Positions 1 through 7,339 of a stretch of 25,110 nt of DNA are shown piece by piece. This stretch comes from a virus. Lineage: Duplodnaviria > Caudoviricetes. How positions within the stretch are numbered: position 1 is the first letter of the stretch; every line of letters begins with the position of its first letter. A program made the position numbers and the translations under genes. The notes beneath the pieces were generated by a model. The model was not told the origin of the DNA, made no database searches, and worked only from the letters and a program-made list of their open reading frames with translations. The stretch spans positions 1 to 25,110 of IMG/VR virus record IMGVR_UViG_3300032243_001428; one strand, given 5' to 3'.

Positions 1-687
1 AAAACACCCGATGCTCTAATGAACGGGCAGGGCATGGTTGAAGTTATACGTAGCTGTTGTCCCAATATCAAAAATGCCTGGGCCATGCCGGCTGTGGATG
101 TAGATGCTATTTTTATTGCCATTAGATTGGCCAGCTACGGCAGTGACATGGATATCGTTACAAACTGCGCCGACTGCGGGGAGAAGAACGAGCATACTAT
201 CAGTTTAAATCATTTGTTGGATAGTTTTAAAATTGCAGAATACAGTAAACCTGCATTTTTTGATGAATTGAAATTCAAGTTTAAACCACAGACTTATAAA
301 AACATCAGTGACATGGGCATAATCACCTATGAAGAACAGCGTTTGGTTGACAGTATCATTCGTAACGAATCACTCAGTGATGAAGAAAAGGCCGCACGGT
401 TTGCAGAAAGTTTCAGCAAACTCAAACAGCTAAACATAGATTCCATTGCTGTTTGTATTGAAAGCATTACCCCGGAAGGTCAGGAACCGGTCACCGACAA
501 GAAGTTCATTGCTGAATATTTGGAAAATTGCAGTAGAGAATCATATCAAGCCATCAAAGACAAGATTGATGAAATCATAAAAGAAAACAAACTAAAACCC
601 ATGACCCTGACCTGTGCAGAATGTCAAAAGGAATATGAATCAAGTCTGGAGTTTAATCAATCAAATTTTTTCGCCAGCGGCTTTTGA
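1..687 (+). CDS. gp26: T4 gp26-like baseplate hub/tail assembly protein, 5'-truncated by the window
   Basis: Frame is open from base 1 (KTPDALMNGQG...). It has the family-like AIRLASYG segment and two CxxC pairs (CADC, CAEC), and ends in ...NFFASGF*. It is followed by a small gp51-like ORF, as in T4-like cyanophages. Confidence 0.7.
   Translation, partial: KTPDALMNGQGMVEVIRSCCPNIKNAWAMPAVDVDAIFIAIRLASYGSDMDIVTNCADCGEKNEHTISLNHLLDSFKIAEYSKPAFFDELKFKFKPQTYKNISDMGIITYEEQRLVDSIIRNESLSDEEKAARFAESFSKLKQLNIDSIAVCIESITPEGQEPVTDKKFIAEYLENCSRESYQAIKDKIDEIIKENKLKPMTLTCAECQKEYESSLEFNQSNFFASGF
663..672 (+). other. Candidate -1 programmed ribosomal frameshift site
   Basis: A_AAT_TTT_TTC contains two in-register X_XXY_YYZ heptamers (663-669 and 666-672) in the gp26-like frame. 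The -1 frame reads FFRQRLLTLDNEQ... into the next ORF. Confidence 0.65.
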
Positions 688-902
688 CCCTGGACAATGA
701 GCAAGTCATTGCCTGGCTAGACAGCCTGGAAAAAGAGTCAAAAGCCTTAAAACGAGAAATCATGCAGTTGTGTTGGTACATGAGAGGCAGTATCTCATAC
801 ACCGAAGCCATGGAACTTGCGCCATCAGAGCGAGAAATCATAGTCAAGTTAATCAAAGAGAACTTAGAAACTGCTAAGAAATCAGGAATGCCATTCTTTT
901 AA
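684..902 (+). CDS. Small gp51-like tail/baseplate assembly chaperone; probably the -1 frameshift extension of the upstream gene
   Basis: 72-aa ORF with LCWYMRGSISYTEAMELAPSEREII, resembling the short helical second-chaperone ORFs of contractile tails. It has only a TTG start with no obvious SD, and the frame is open back to 657. Confidence 0.6.
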   Translation: MTLDNEQVIAWLDSLEKESKALKREIMQLCWYMRGSISYTEAMELAPSEREIIVKLIKENLETAKKSGMPFF

Positions 903-927
903 GATCTCTAACGAGATCTGTTGTTTC
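902..927 (+). terminator. Possible intrinsic terminator of the + strand genes, or the 3' hairpin of the - strand RNA
   Basis: Perfect 7-bp stem AGATCTC-TAAC-GAGATCT at the gp51-like stop, followed by only a weak T-rich tail (GTTGTTT). Confidence 0.3.
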
Positions 928-1326
928 GCTTGCCAGCTCACAACTGTATTTCTTCTAAGAGCGAAGCGATTATAGTTTCATCCAGATTGTTTGGTCACAC
1001 TTTGCCCACACAGGGCAAAGATAGCTTCATCCGAGTCGACTCAGTCACTTAGCGTTACAACAATTACAGAGGCGGTTGTCCGATACCTCGAGTTGCGTCT
1101 TTTACAACGGCGGTCAAATACACATACGCTAACACACATATTTGACGTGCTCAATCACTTGAGCGTCTTTTTAGCCTTAAATTCCTATTCAAACAATCAA
1201 ACTGCGGCAATTAGCAGTCTACATCCTTCTCGGGTAGTGATTGAGTACTCTTAACGGCGAGAGATTTACGTCCCTGTGACCCGAGGTCCAGTTTTCGTGT
1301 ACACAAGATATTGGCCTGTGTGAGCC
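902..1326 (-). ncRNA. Putative large structured non-coding RNA of unknown family
   Basis: This is the only long intergenic region in the window. Inverted repeats lie at 902-919, 1000-1020, 1069-1089, 1113-1146, 1149-1164, 1201-1218, 1219-1237, 1248-1263 and ~1274-1291. On the - strand the 1113-1146 stem extends through G-U pairs and 1149-1164 closes a GUGA (GNRA) tetraloop. Long-range complements are 1049-1055/1126-1132 and 985-993/1190-1198. The ends are approximate. Confidence 0.7.
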
Positions 1327-1758
1327 TTAACCGTTTAATTTTTTTATGTGGGAGCCATGGACACGGACACTGATTTGTCCGTTGTAGTAATCTTGGGATT
1401 CTAGCACTTTGTGTGTAAATTGTTCTCTTGCTTCGATATAACTACATTCGGCTTTAGAGCGACAGTAATACATGATTTCTCTTGTAAACTGATCTGCGCC
1501 TAATGCCGCAACATCTTTATTCAATTCTTCGTTTGAGCCATAATATGTTTGCCAGTCAGAATCAATTTTACTTCTGATCTTTTTCTTTTTCTTTGTGCCG
1601 TTTTTGAGTTTTACTACTCGATATGTTGTCTTAGAGAATTTTGCTAGTTTTTTACCTATGTATTTGCGCCCTGATACTTTATTCGTGATGACATAGACGA
1701 AGCCTACACAGTCTTCGGGAAGTTCTAAAACCGGGGAGTCTTGATAAGTCCATGTCAT
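1327..1758 (-). CDS. Stand-alone GIY-YIG family (Seg-like) endonuclease
   Basis: Motifs GFVYVITN...KYIGKK, SDWQTYYGS, a catalytic-type Glu (YIEAREQ) and Asn (YYNG). It carries a Lys-rich insertion and is 143 aa with no C-terminal DNA-binding domains. Confidence 0.85.
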   Translation of the reverse strand: MTWTYQDSPVLELPEDCVGFVYVITNKVSGRKYIGKKLAKFSKTTYRVVKLKNGTKKKKKIRSKIDSDWQTYYGSNEELNKDVAALGADQFTREIMYYCRSKAECSYIEAREQFTHKVLESQDYYNGQISVRVHGSHIKKLNG

Positions 1759-1764
1759 GCATTA

Positions 1765-1772
1765 TAATTATG
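1765..1772 (-). promoter_or_regulatory. Late-promoter-like element CATAATTA upstream of the GIY-YIG gene
   Basis: Variant of the T4 late TATAAATA box ending 6 nt before the ATG; no SD present. Confidence 0.35.
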
Positions 1773-1777
1773 ATCTT

Positions 1778-2782
1778 TTACCATGAAGTTGAATATTCTT
1801 GATTTACTATGTTTTTGTTACATTTTTGTTGGCATTCTTGCCATTTGAAAGCCTTAAGGTCAGTTTCCCAAAATGGGTCTGCGACTGCATCTGTTAAGGT
1901 CCTGTGATGCAGATTGAATTGGTCGGCTAGAGTCTGCCATTCGGTGTTGTGTGTGTAGCGATTTGCCACCCAACAACAAGGAAACAGCCTGCCCCTGGCG
2001 TCTATATAAATGCCTTTGTTACCAATCTCACACAAGGGCTTGACGTTGTTTTGTACTGTGACATCTCTATATAATTGTAGGTTAGTTTGTGATATTTTAC
2101 TGGTTCTATTGGTAAAGTCGGTAACGTCCCGTTCAAATCTATGACTTGTGCTGACAAATCGAACGCTGGGTTGTAATGGATCGTTGTCGCCATAGCTGGG
2201 GTACACGCTACCAAACTTGGTACTGCGAGTCAGTTGGAATCGATCAACACCCAAGGACTTTGCTATTGTTTTCATACGATCTAAATGATCTTCATTAAAC
2301 TTAAATGCAATAGCGACCCACACAATGGTACATGAGCTTGCGACTCTTAATGTCCGTAAACCTGCGACGATACTGTCGTGATCACTGTTTACACGGTACA
2401 AGTTGTTGCTAGGGTTGTCGTAACCGTCAATGCTGAAATGCACACTATCATTGTAGTCTAATAGTTTACCCAACTGTTGCCACCACGATGTCTTTTTATG
2501 ACTACCATTTGTGATGATCACAATCTCAACGGCCTTGATGCTTTTGATATACGCAACAACATCTATTAGATCATGTGCATATATAGGATCGCCATCGTCA
2601 CCGCAGAATGTAATTTTCTCCACACGAGATCTGATGAACTCGGGTGTAAAGTTACGTTTGAAAAATTCCAAATCCAACTCAGTGTTGACCAGACCATCGG
2701 GAACTTCTTGACGGGCACAGCGAGGACAGCGCAAGGTACACTTGCTACTGATTTCTATGTGAAAGTGCCAGGTTGCTAACAT
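1778..2782 (-). CDS. Radical SAM protein with C-terminal SPASM/Twitch-like Fe-S domain
   Basis: CTLRCPRC (CxxxCxxC), FCGDDGDP, ITNGS, FSIDG, and C-terminal C...GRLFPCCW...CQQKC. The start is moved to the ATG at 2782 (MLATWHF), which overlaps the upstream stop; the ORF track start is 2803. Confidence 0.88.
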   Translation of the reverse strand: MLATWHFHIEISSKCTLRCPRCARQEVPDGLVNTELDLEFFKRNFTPEFIRSRVEKITFCGDDGDPIYAHDLIDVVAYIKSIKAVEIVIITNGSHKKTSWWQQLGKLLDYNDSVHFSIDGYDNPSNNLYRVNSDHDSIVAGLRTLRVASSCTIVWVAIAFKFNEDHLDRMKTIAKSLGVDRFQLTRSTKFGSVYPSYGDNDPLQPSVRFVSTSHRFERDVTDFTNRTSKISQTNLQLYRDVTVQNNVKPLCEIGNKGIYIDARGRLFPCCWVANRYTHNTEWQTLADQFNLHHRTLTDAVADPFWETDLKAFKWQECQQKCNKNIVNQEYSTSW

Positions 2783-3651
2783 AGTGGTAGGTCTCGTTGC
2801 CATTGTCCTGTATAGTTAGACATGTTATTGACTGTGCTACAGGTTTCTCGACAGGTGGGATTACAGGAGTCTGTGTTCCAAGTTGCTGTTATAGCATCAA
2901 AGTCATTGATGGTATTTTCGCCATAGCCCAACCAACAACAGGGATGGTACACACCCTTTGCACTGAGATATATGCTTTGATCCCGATTTCTAAAGCAATC
3001 AATGGGACCTTGTTCTACAACAGGTCGAGTCCAACCTCGGGGCGGTTGGAGCCAGTCAACGGTGGATTCGCGCTTGCTGACCTTGGCACGAAACCAACCA
3101 AAGCCCATGTCTCGGGCCAGTTGTTCACATGCTTCAACTTGATGTTCGTTGTGTTCATACACTAACATGTCCCATTGTGCATTGCCTCCAGCACGAATAA
3201 ATGTTTCTGCATTACGCATCACCCTGTCCCAACTAACGTTTCGGCGATACATGTGATTGGTATCTTCCAAGCCGTCAATGCTGAATACCACATAGTCAGT
3301 GGGCCGGTGCAGTACATTGGCTAAATCAGTCCACCAGAGGGAATTTTGTAGTCCACCGTTGGTGTTCATGCCCAATACAATGCTACTGTTAACTGATCTA
3401 AAATAAGAAAAGATATCAAGTGATTCACTGTTGGCAGCCGGATCTCCGTAGTTACCGCACATGAACATTTTATCTAGTCTGTAGATAATTCGTTCGGGTA
3501 ACAGACGCTTGATATCGGCCACAGTCAAACGATGTTGTATATCTTGATTGAAAGAGGAATCTGTTTCGCGGGCACAGCTAGGACAGGCCGCTTGACATAC
3601 ATCAGTGGGCTCTATGTGCAGTACTCTAACTGTTTCAAATAATTTCGACAT
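2776..3651 (-). CDS. Radical SAM protein with C-terminal SPASM/Twitch-like Fe-S domain
   Basis: CQAACPSC, MCGNYGDP, NTNGG, FSIDG, and C-terminal C...GVYHPCCW...CRETC. The start overlaps the end of gp46 by 17 nt. Confidence 0.88.
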   Translation of the reverse strand: MSKLFETVRVLHIEPTDVCQAACPSCARETDSSFNQDIQHRLTVADIKRLLPERIIYRLDKMFMCGNYGDPAANSESLDIFSYFRSVNSSIVLGMNTNGGLQNSLWWTDLANVLHRPTDYVVFSIDGLEDTNHMYRRNVSWDRVMRNAETFIRAGGNAQWDMLVYEHNEHQVEACEQLARDMGFGWFRAKVSKRESTVDWLQPPRGWTRPVVEQGPIDCFRNRDQSIYLSAKGVYHPCCWLGYGENTINDFDAITATWNTDSCNPTCRETCSTVNNMSNYTGQWQRDLPLC

Positions 3652-5407
3652 CAGTGTTGTATGTTGTAAACCCGTTTTCTTTGACCACGTGCAAGGTGTT
3701 GTTTACACGCCCAGCCAATTCATCTTTATGACTTACCAACCAAATTGATTTGTTGCTGTCACGGCTCATCTTCTTTAGAATAGCCAGGCTGTTTTCAACA
3801 CCGCTTGAATCCATGCCTGAATCAACCAGTTCATCAATGAACAACAGGTTGATGGGCTGATATAGGCTTTCCCATACATCACGGAACGCCCACGAAAGAC
3901 TCAAGATGAGTCTATTGCGCTCACCACGACTCAAGTTGTCGAAGTCTAGATCTCTACCCAGTTCAGTGATGGCCACAGTCAAGTCGTTGTTAAATTGCAC
4001 AGTATGCGGAAGTCCAATGCGATCTAAGTATTGCCCCAATCGTGCATTCAAATAACTTAGGTTTTGATCAATTATACGTTTGCGAATAAACGAATCTTTA
4101 TTGGTCAACAGTTTGAGCAAGAACTCTTGGTGTTCCTTTAGGCTTGTCAACTCATTCATTGTGCCAAAGTCAATTTGTTCCAGTGCCTGTTCGCTCATCT
4201 CTCGTATCTGTTCGCTGTAAGGATCCGCCTCGGCTTCTTTGGCCGACAACTGTGCCAGTATACTGGCCATGCTACTACGATGTTCAAATGCATCACTTTC
4301 ACGATCATAGAACACAACAGGTTGTGCGCCCAATTCGCCTAGAGCTTGTAGTGCATCAGTATGCTCTATCCACTGCCCGTTTGTGGCCAATGCTTGTAGT
4401 GCGGCTTCTTGTAAATCTTTTTTCTTTTGTGCCAACACAGCTTGTTGTTTTTCATCGTGGAATCCTTGTCCACAAGCATGACAAGTATGATTTTCTAAAC
4501 TGGCAATGTCAGCCTTTAACTTTTCAATAGTTTTGGTTTCTCTAGCCTCATCCAGTTCACAACGCCGGACCCAGTTGGTTAATTCTTTGATCTGTTTTGA
4601 TTTTTCGTTATATTCAGACAACAACAGATGTGCGCTCAGTTCTGATTCGATGTCCAACTTGCTTAGTTCATCAAATGCCGACTGAAATTTATCAACATCC
4701 TCGTTGTGTTTGGCCTGCCACATGCGTTGTCGTCTACGTAGATTTTCAATTTGTTCTTCTATGCGTCGGTTGGCATCGCCTACAGCTTTGATACGAAATT
4801 CTTCGGCAGTGATGGCATCTTTTGTGGCTTTGCCTAGTTCTTTGAGACGTTCGGCTTTTTCACTCAGTAGTGTGATGCCCAACAACTGCTCAATGATAGT
4901 TCGTTGATCGTTGGCTTTCAAACTAAGGAATGGTTCTGTATAGGTATTAAGAGCCACAATGTGTTTAAACATGTCGTGACTCATGCCCAGCATGCGTTCA
5001 ATCTCTGCTTGGGTCTCCCTCGAATCTCCTTGGCTATCGTCTGTGATTTCTTTTTCGTTTCCGCCGATCCAGAACTTCATTATGCCGGGCTTGCGTCCAC
5101 GCTCAATACGATAATCCGTGCCATTGACTTCAAAGTCAATACAAACCAACATGCCCTTGTTGTTGGTCTTGTTGATCAAGTTGTCTTTCTTGATGTTGGT
5201 AAGGGCGTTGCCGTAAAGGGCATAGCTCAGAGCATTAATTATGGTTGTCTTCCCGGTCCCGTTACGAGCTCCTGAGTCATCGCCCCCTAGGTCTAAGTTT
5301 TCACCCAACACCAAGGTCAAATCCTTGCGATCAAAATTAACGGCCTGCGTGGCATTGCCTACACTCATGAAATTCTTCACGGTAAGATCTTTAATCTTAA
5401 AAGTCAT
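3635..5407 (-). CDS. gp46: Recombination endonuclease ATPase subunit (T4 gp46 / SbcC / Rad50-like)
   Basis: VKNFMS N-terminus, Walker A NGTGKTT, coiled coil with a CHAC zinc hook, signature LSRGE, Walker B LLFIDE, and H-loop VSH. Confidence 0.95.
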   Translation of the reverse strand: MTFKIKDLTVKNFMSVGNATQAVNFDRKDLTLVLGENLDLGGDDSGARNGTGKTTIINALSYALYGNALTNIKKDNLINKTNNKGMLVCIDFEVNGTDYRIERGRKPGIMKFWIGGNEKEITDDSQGDSRETQAEIERMLGMSHDMFKHIVALNTYTEPFLSLKANDQRTIIEQLLGITLLSEKAERLKELGKATKDAITAEEFRIKAVGDANRRIEEQIENLRRRQRMWQAKHNEDVDKFQSAFDELSKLDIESELSAHLLLSEYNEKSKQIKELTNWVRRCELDEARETKTIEKLKADIASLENHTCHACGQGFHDEKQQAVLAQKKKDLQEAALQALATNGQWIEHTDALQALGELGAQPVVFYDRESDAFEHRSSMASILAQLSAKEAEADPYSEQIREMSEQALEQIDFGTMNELTSLKEHQEFLLKLLTNKDSFIRKRIIDQNLSYLNARLGQYLDRIGLPHTVQFNNDLTVAITELGRDLDFDNLSRGERNRLILSLSWAFRDVWESLYQPINLLFIDELVDSGMDSSGVENSLAILKKMSRDSNKSIWLVSHKDELAGRVNNTLHVVKENGFTTYNTDVEII

Positions 5408-5442
5408 TCTTTATATTGCCTCATTATGAGTTATTATATAGG

Positions 5443-6318
5443 TTATGCGGGACTTCCGCAATAGTTCATGCAGAATAAATGCACCGAATCAGGATTATCA
5501 AGTTGGGACGATATATCCATCAGTTGGCTTGGATCATTGTTTGCGTGACGATGATTAAAGAAACAGCACATGCTCACAGTACCATTGGCATTTACATACA
5601 AGCTGGGCAACTCCAAATGAATACAATCTTTTTTATCAACTCGATTTTTTACAAATGTCAACGGATTGTACTCGGTATTCCGACTCCACGGCTGTATATC
5701 AACTGGTGCGCCTGTTCTATAGTCCCGAGCACTAAAGTTTGTACGCACACGCCGATACAATTCAAACTTTTTAAATCCCATTTTTTGACTAAGACGTAAA
5801 CAGTCTTTGATCTGATGTTCGTTGTGTGCAAACGGTATAAACTGCCAAGTGGCATGTCCGCCTGCTTCGATAAATGCTGTTGCATTGCGAATGATCTTTT
5901 GCCAATCTGTGCCTTGTCTGTAGGTATGATGTGTATCTTCCAGGCCGTCCAGGCAGAACCAAACATTATGCTGGTGACCTGCCAACAGCTTGGCATAGTC
6001 TTGCCACCATTCTTCATTGCGCAGGCTACCGTTGGTTTTTACTATCACAGTTGGTATGCGTTGTTTAGCAATCTCAGTTAGTTCTACGATGTTTGCGGCA
6101 GCAATGGCATCACCAAACGTGCCACAAAACTCAACAGTTTCGACATTAGGTACCGATTTTAGAATTTCTACTAGCCTCTCAGTTTTCAAGTCTTCAACAA
6201 CTAATCCATCTGCCAGCCCGTATCCGTTGTTGTTTCTTGGACAACCGGGACACCAGGCATTGCACTTGCTAGAGGCTTCGATTTGTAGCCATTTAACTGT
6301 TGATAAGTCTATCATCAA
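5443..6318 (-). CDS. Radical SAM protein with C-terminal SPASM/Twitch-like Fe-S domain
   Basis: CNAWCPGC, FCGTFGDA, KTNGS, FCLDG, and C-terminal C...GTVSMCCF...CMNYC. The start overlaps the gp47 stop (ATGA). Confidence 0.88.
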   Translation of the reverse strand: MMIDLSTVKWLQIEASSKCNAWCPGCPRNNNGYGLADGLVVEDLKTERLVEILKSVPNVETVEFCGTFGDAIAAANIVELTEIAKQRIPTVIVKTNGSLRNEEWWQDYAKLLAGHQHNVWFCLDGLEDTHHTYRQGTDWQKIIRNATAFIEAGGHATWQFIPFAHNEHQIKDCLRLSQKMGFKKFELYRRVRTNFSARDYRTGAPVDIQPWSRNTEYNPLTFVKNRVDKKDCIHLELPSLYVNANGTVSMCCFFNHRHANNDPSQLMDISSQLDNPDSVHLFCMNYCGSPA

Positions 6319-7331
6319 AGATTGCGGTAAATGTCCAACAACAAGTTTTTATTAAACTTGTCGCTTTCAATACTGCTGAGTTGTCCTGTGACAATTTGAT
6401 CAACACTTTCAAACGCAATATTGCCCTGTATTTGGTATTCGGTCAAGTCGGTTATCTTGGCCGGGATCAGTGTAATTTCTCGTAACCGGTATTGATCGAT
6501 AAAAGTTTCTTTGATAAAGGTGGCTTCTTCATAACTGATGTCCACATCCAAGTTGACACGACAATGCATACCAGGTTGCAACATCACTTCTGTGTGCTGT
6601 AACACATCACTGAGTTGGAACACACGATAACGGGGTTGATCAGGCCATGCATGATGTACCGGCTCTCGGCCCCACTCTAATATCATCAAGCCACGGTCGT
6701 CATCGCCGGCATCAGCATAGTTGTGCGGAAAGCAATTGCCGATGTAGGTGATATTCTTTTGTGTTTGGCGTTTGTGAAAGTGTCCGGTAAACACATGATC
6801 AAATCCGCCAAAGTGTTCTCTGCGCACATCACCATGCTCGGGCATGGCCACCATGGCGTTCATCAAGTAGCCTGGCAACTCAAAGTGCCCAAACATGTAT
6901 TTGGCAGAAAGTTTGGGAATTCGTTTGTGATCATCTCCGACAAGCCAAGGAGCAATAACCACATCACCATCAGAAAACCAATCGTTAACAATTTGAACAT
7001 TCGGGAGGTGACGAGCCCATTCAACCGATTGAATATCACGTTTATCACGATAATACAAATCGTGATTTCCAGGGATAAAATAAACACGTTCAAAATTGTC
7101 ATTCAGATGCTCCAGAGCTCGTAAACTGTAGTTGAGTGTGACAATGTTGATGGCCGCACGGTTGTTGTGCCAATCGCCTAGGAACATGGCCGTTTCACAG
7201 CCCTCTTCTCGCGCTTTGGCAGTGGCCCATTTAACGAAGTTCAAACAGTCATCATTGTGACTGGTGCTGTTTGATTTCAACCCAAAGTGAATGTCAGTGA
7301 AGACCGCGGCCTTCTTAAAAAGGTTACTCAT
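6315..7331 (-). CDS. gp47: Recombination endonuclease nuclease subunit (T4 gp47 / SbcD / Mre11-like)
   Basis: Metallophosphoesterase motifs TDIHFG, LGDW, PGNHD, FGHF and TGHFH; lies upstream of gp46. Confidence 0.95.
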   Translation of the reverse strand: MSNLFKKAAVFTDIHFGLKSNSTSHNDDCLNFVKWATAKAREEGCETAMFLGDWHNNRAAINIVTLNYSLRALEHLNDNFERVYFIPGNHDLYYRDKRDIQSVEWARHLPNVQIVNDWFSDGDVVIAPWLVGDDHKRIPKLSAKYMFGHFELPGYLMNAMVAMPEHGDVRREHFGGFDHVFTGHFHKRQTQKNITYIGNCFPHNYADAGDDDRGLMILEWGREPVHHAWPDQPRYRVFQLSDVLQHTEVMLQPGMHCRVNLDVDISYEEATFIKETFIDQYRLREITLIPAKITDLTEYQIQGNIAFESVDQIVTGQLSSIESDKFNKNLLLDIYRNL

Positions 7332-7339
7332 ATAGATCT

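Noticed and set aside
972-1048. Mini CRISPR or TIGR array
   Set aside because: Only two short units, cores that pair internally, and no cas or Nop-domain gene in the window.
991-1254. 87-aa + strand ORF inside the long intergenic region
   Set aside because: It has a TTG start, no SD and no recognisable motifs, and lies antisense to sequence whose G-U pairs and GNRA loop point to RNA structure.
902-1326. Identification as a group I intron, tmRNA, RNase P RNA, tRNA or hammerhead ribozyme
   Set aside because: No P/Q/R/S elements or interrupted host gene, no tRNA-like ends, T-loop or CCA, no GAGGAAAGUCC, and no CUGAUGA core (GGAUGAA is only superficially similar). A covariance-model search is still needed.
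1327-1758. Calling the GIY-YIG protein T4 endonuclease II (denA) or an intron-encoded homing endonuclease
   Set aside because: The motif pattern (YIGKK, WxxYYGS, YYN) is Seg-like, the gene is not inside an interrupted gene, and it has no NUMOD or HTH domains.
5420-5430. Palindrome CTCAT-T-ATGAG overlapping the gp46 SD region
   Set aside because: Short and AT-rich, too weak for an RNA hairpin, and I saw no second copy to support an operator.
1778-6318. Assigning the rSAM proteins as MoaA, QueE, NrdG or viperin
   Set aside because: No C-terminal GG of MoaA, no accompanying que/fol or nrdD genes in the window, and they carry a Cys-rich auxiliary-cluster tail; no specific function can be supported.
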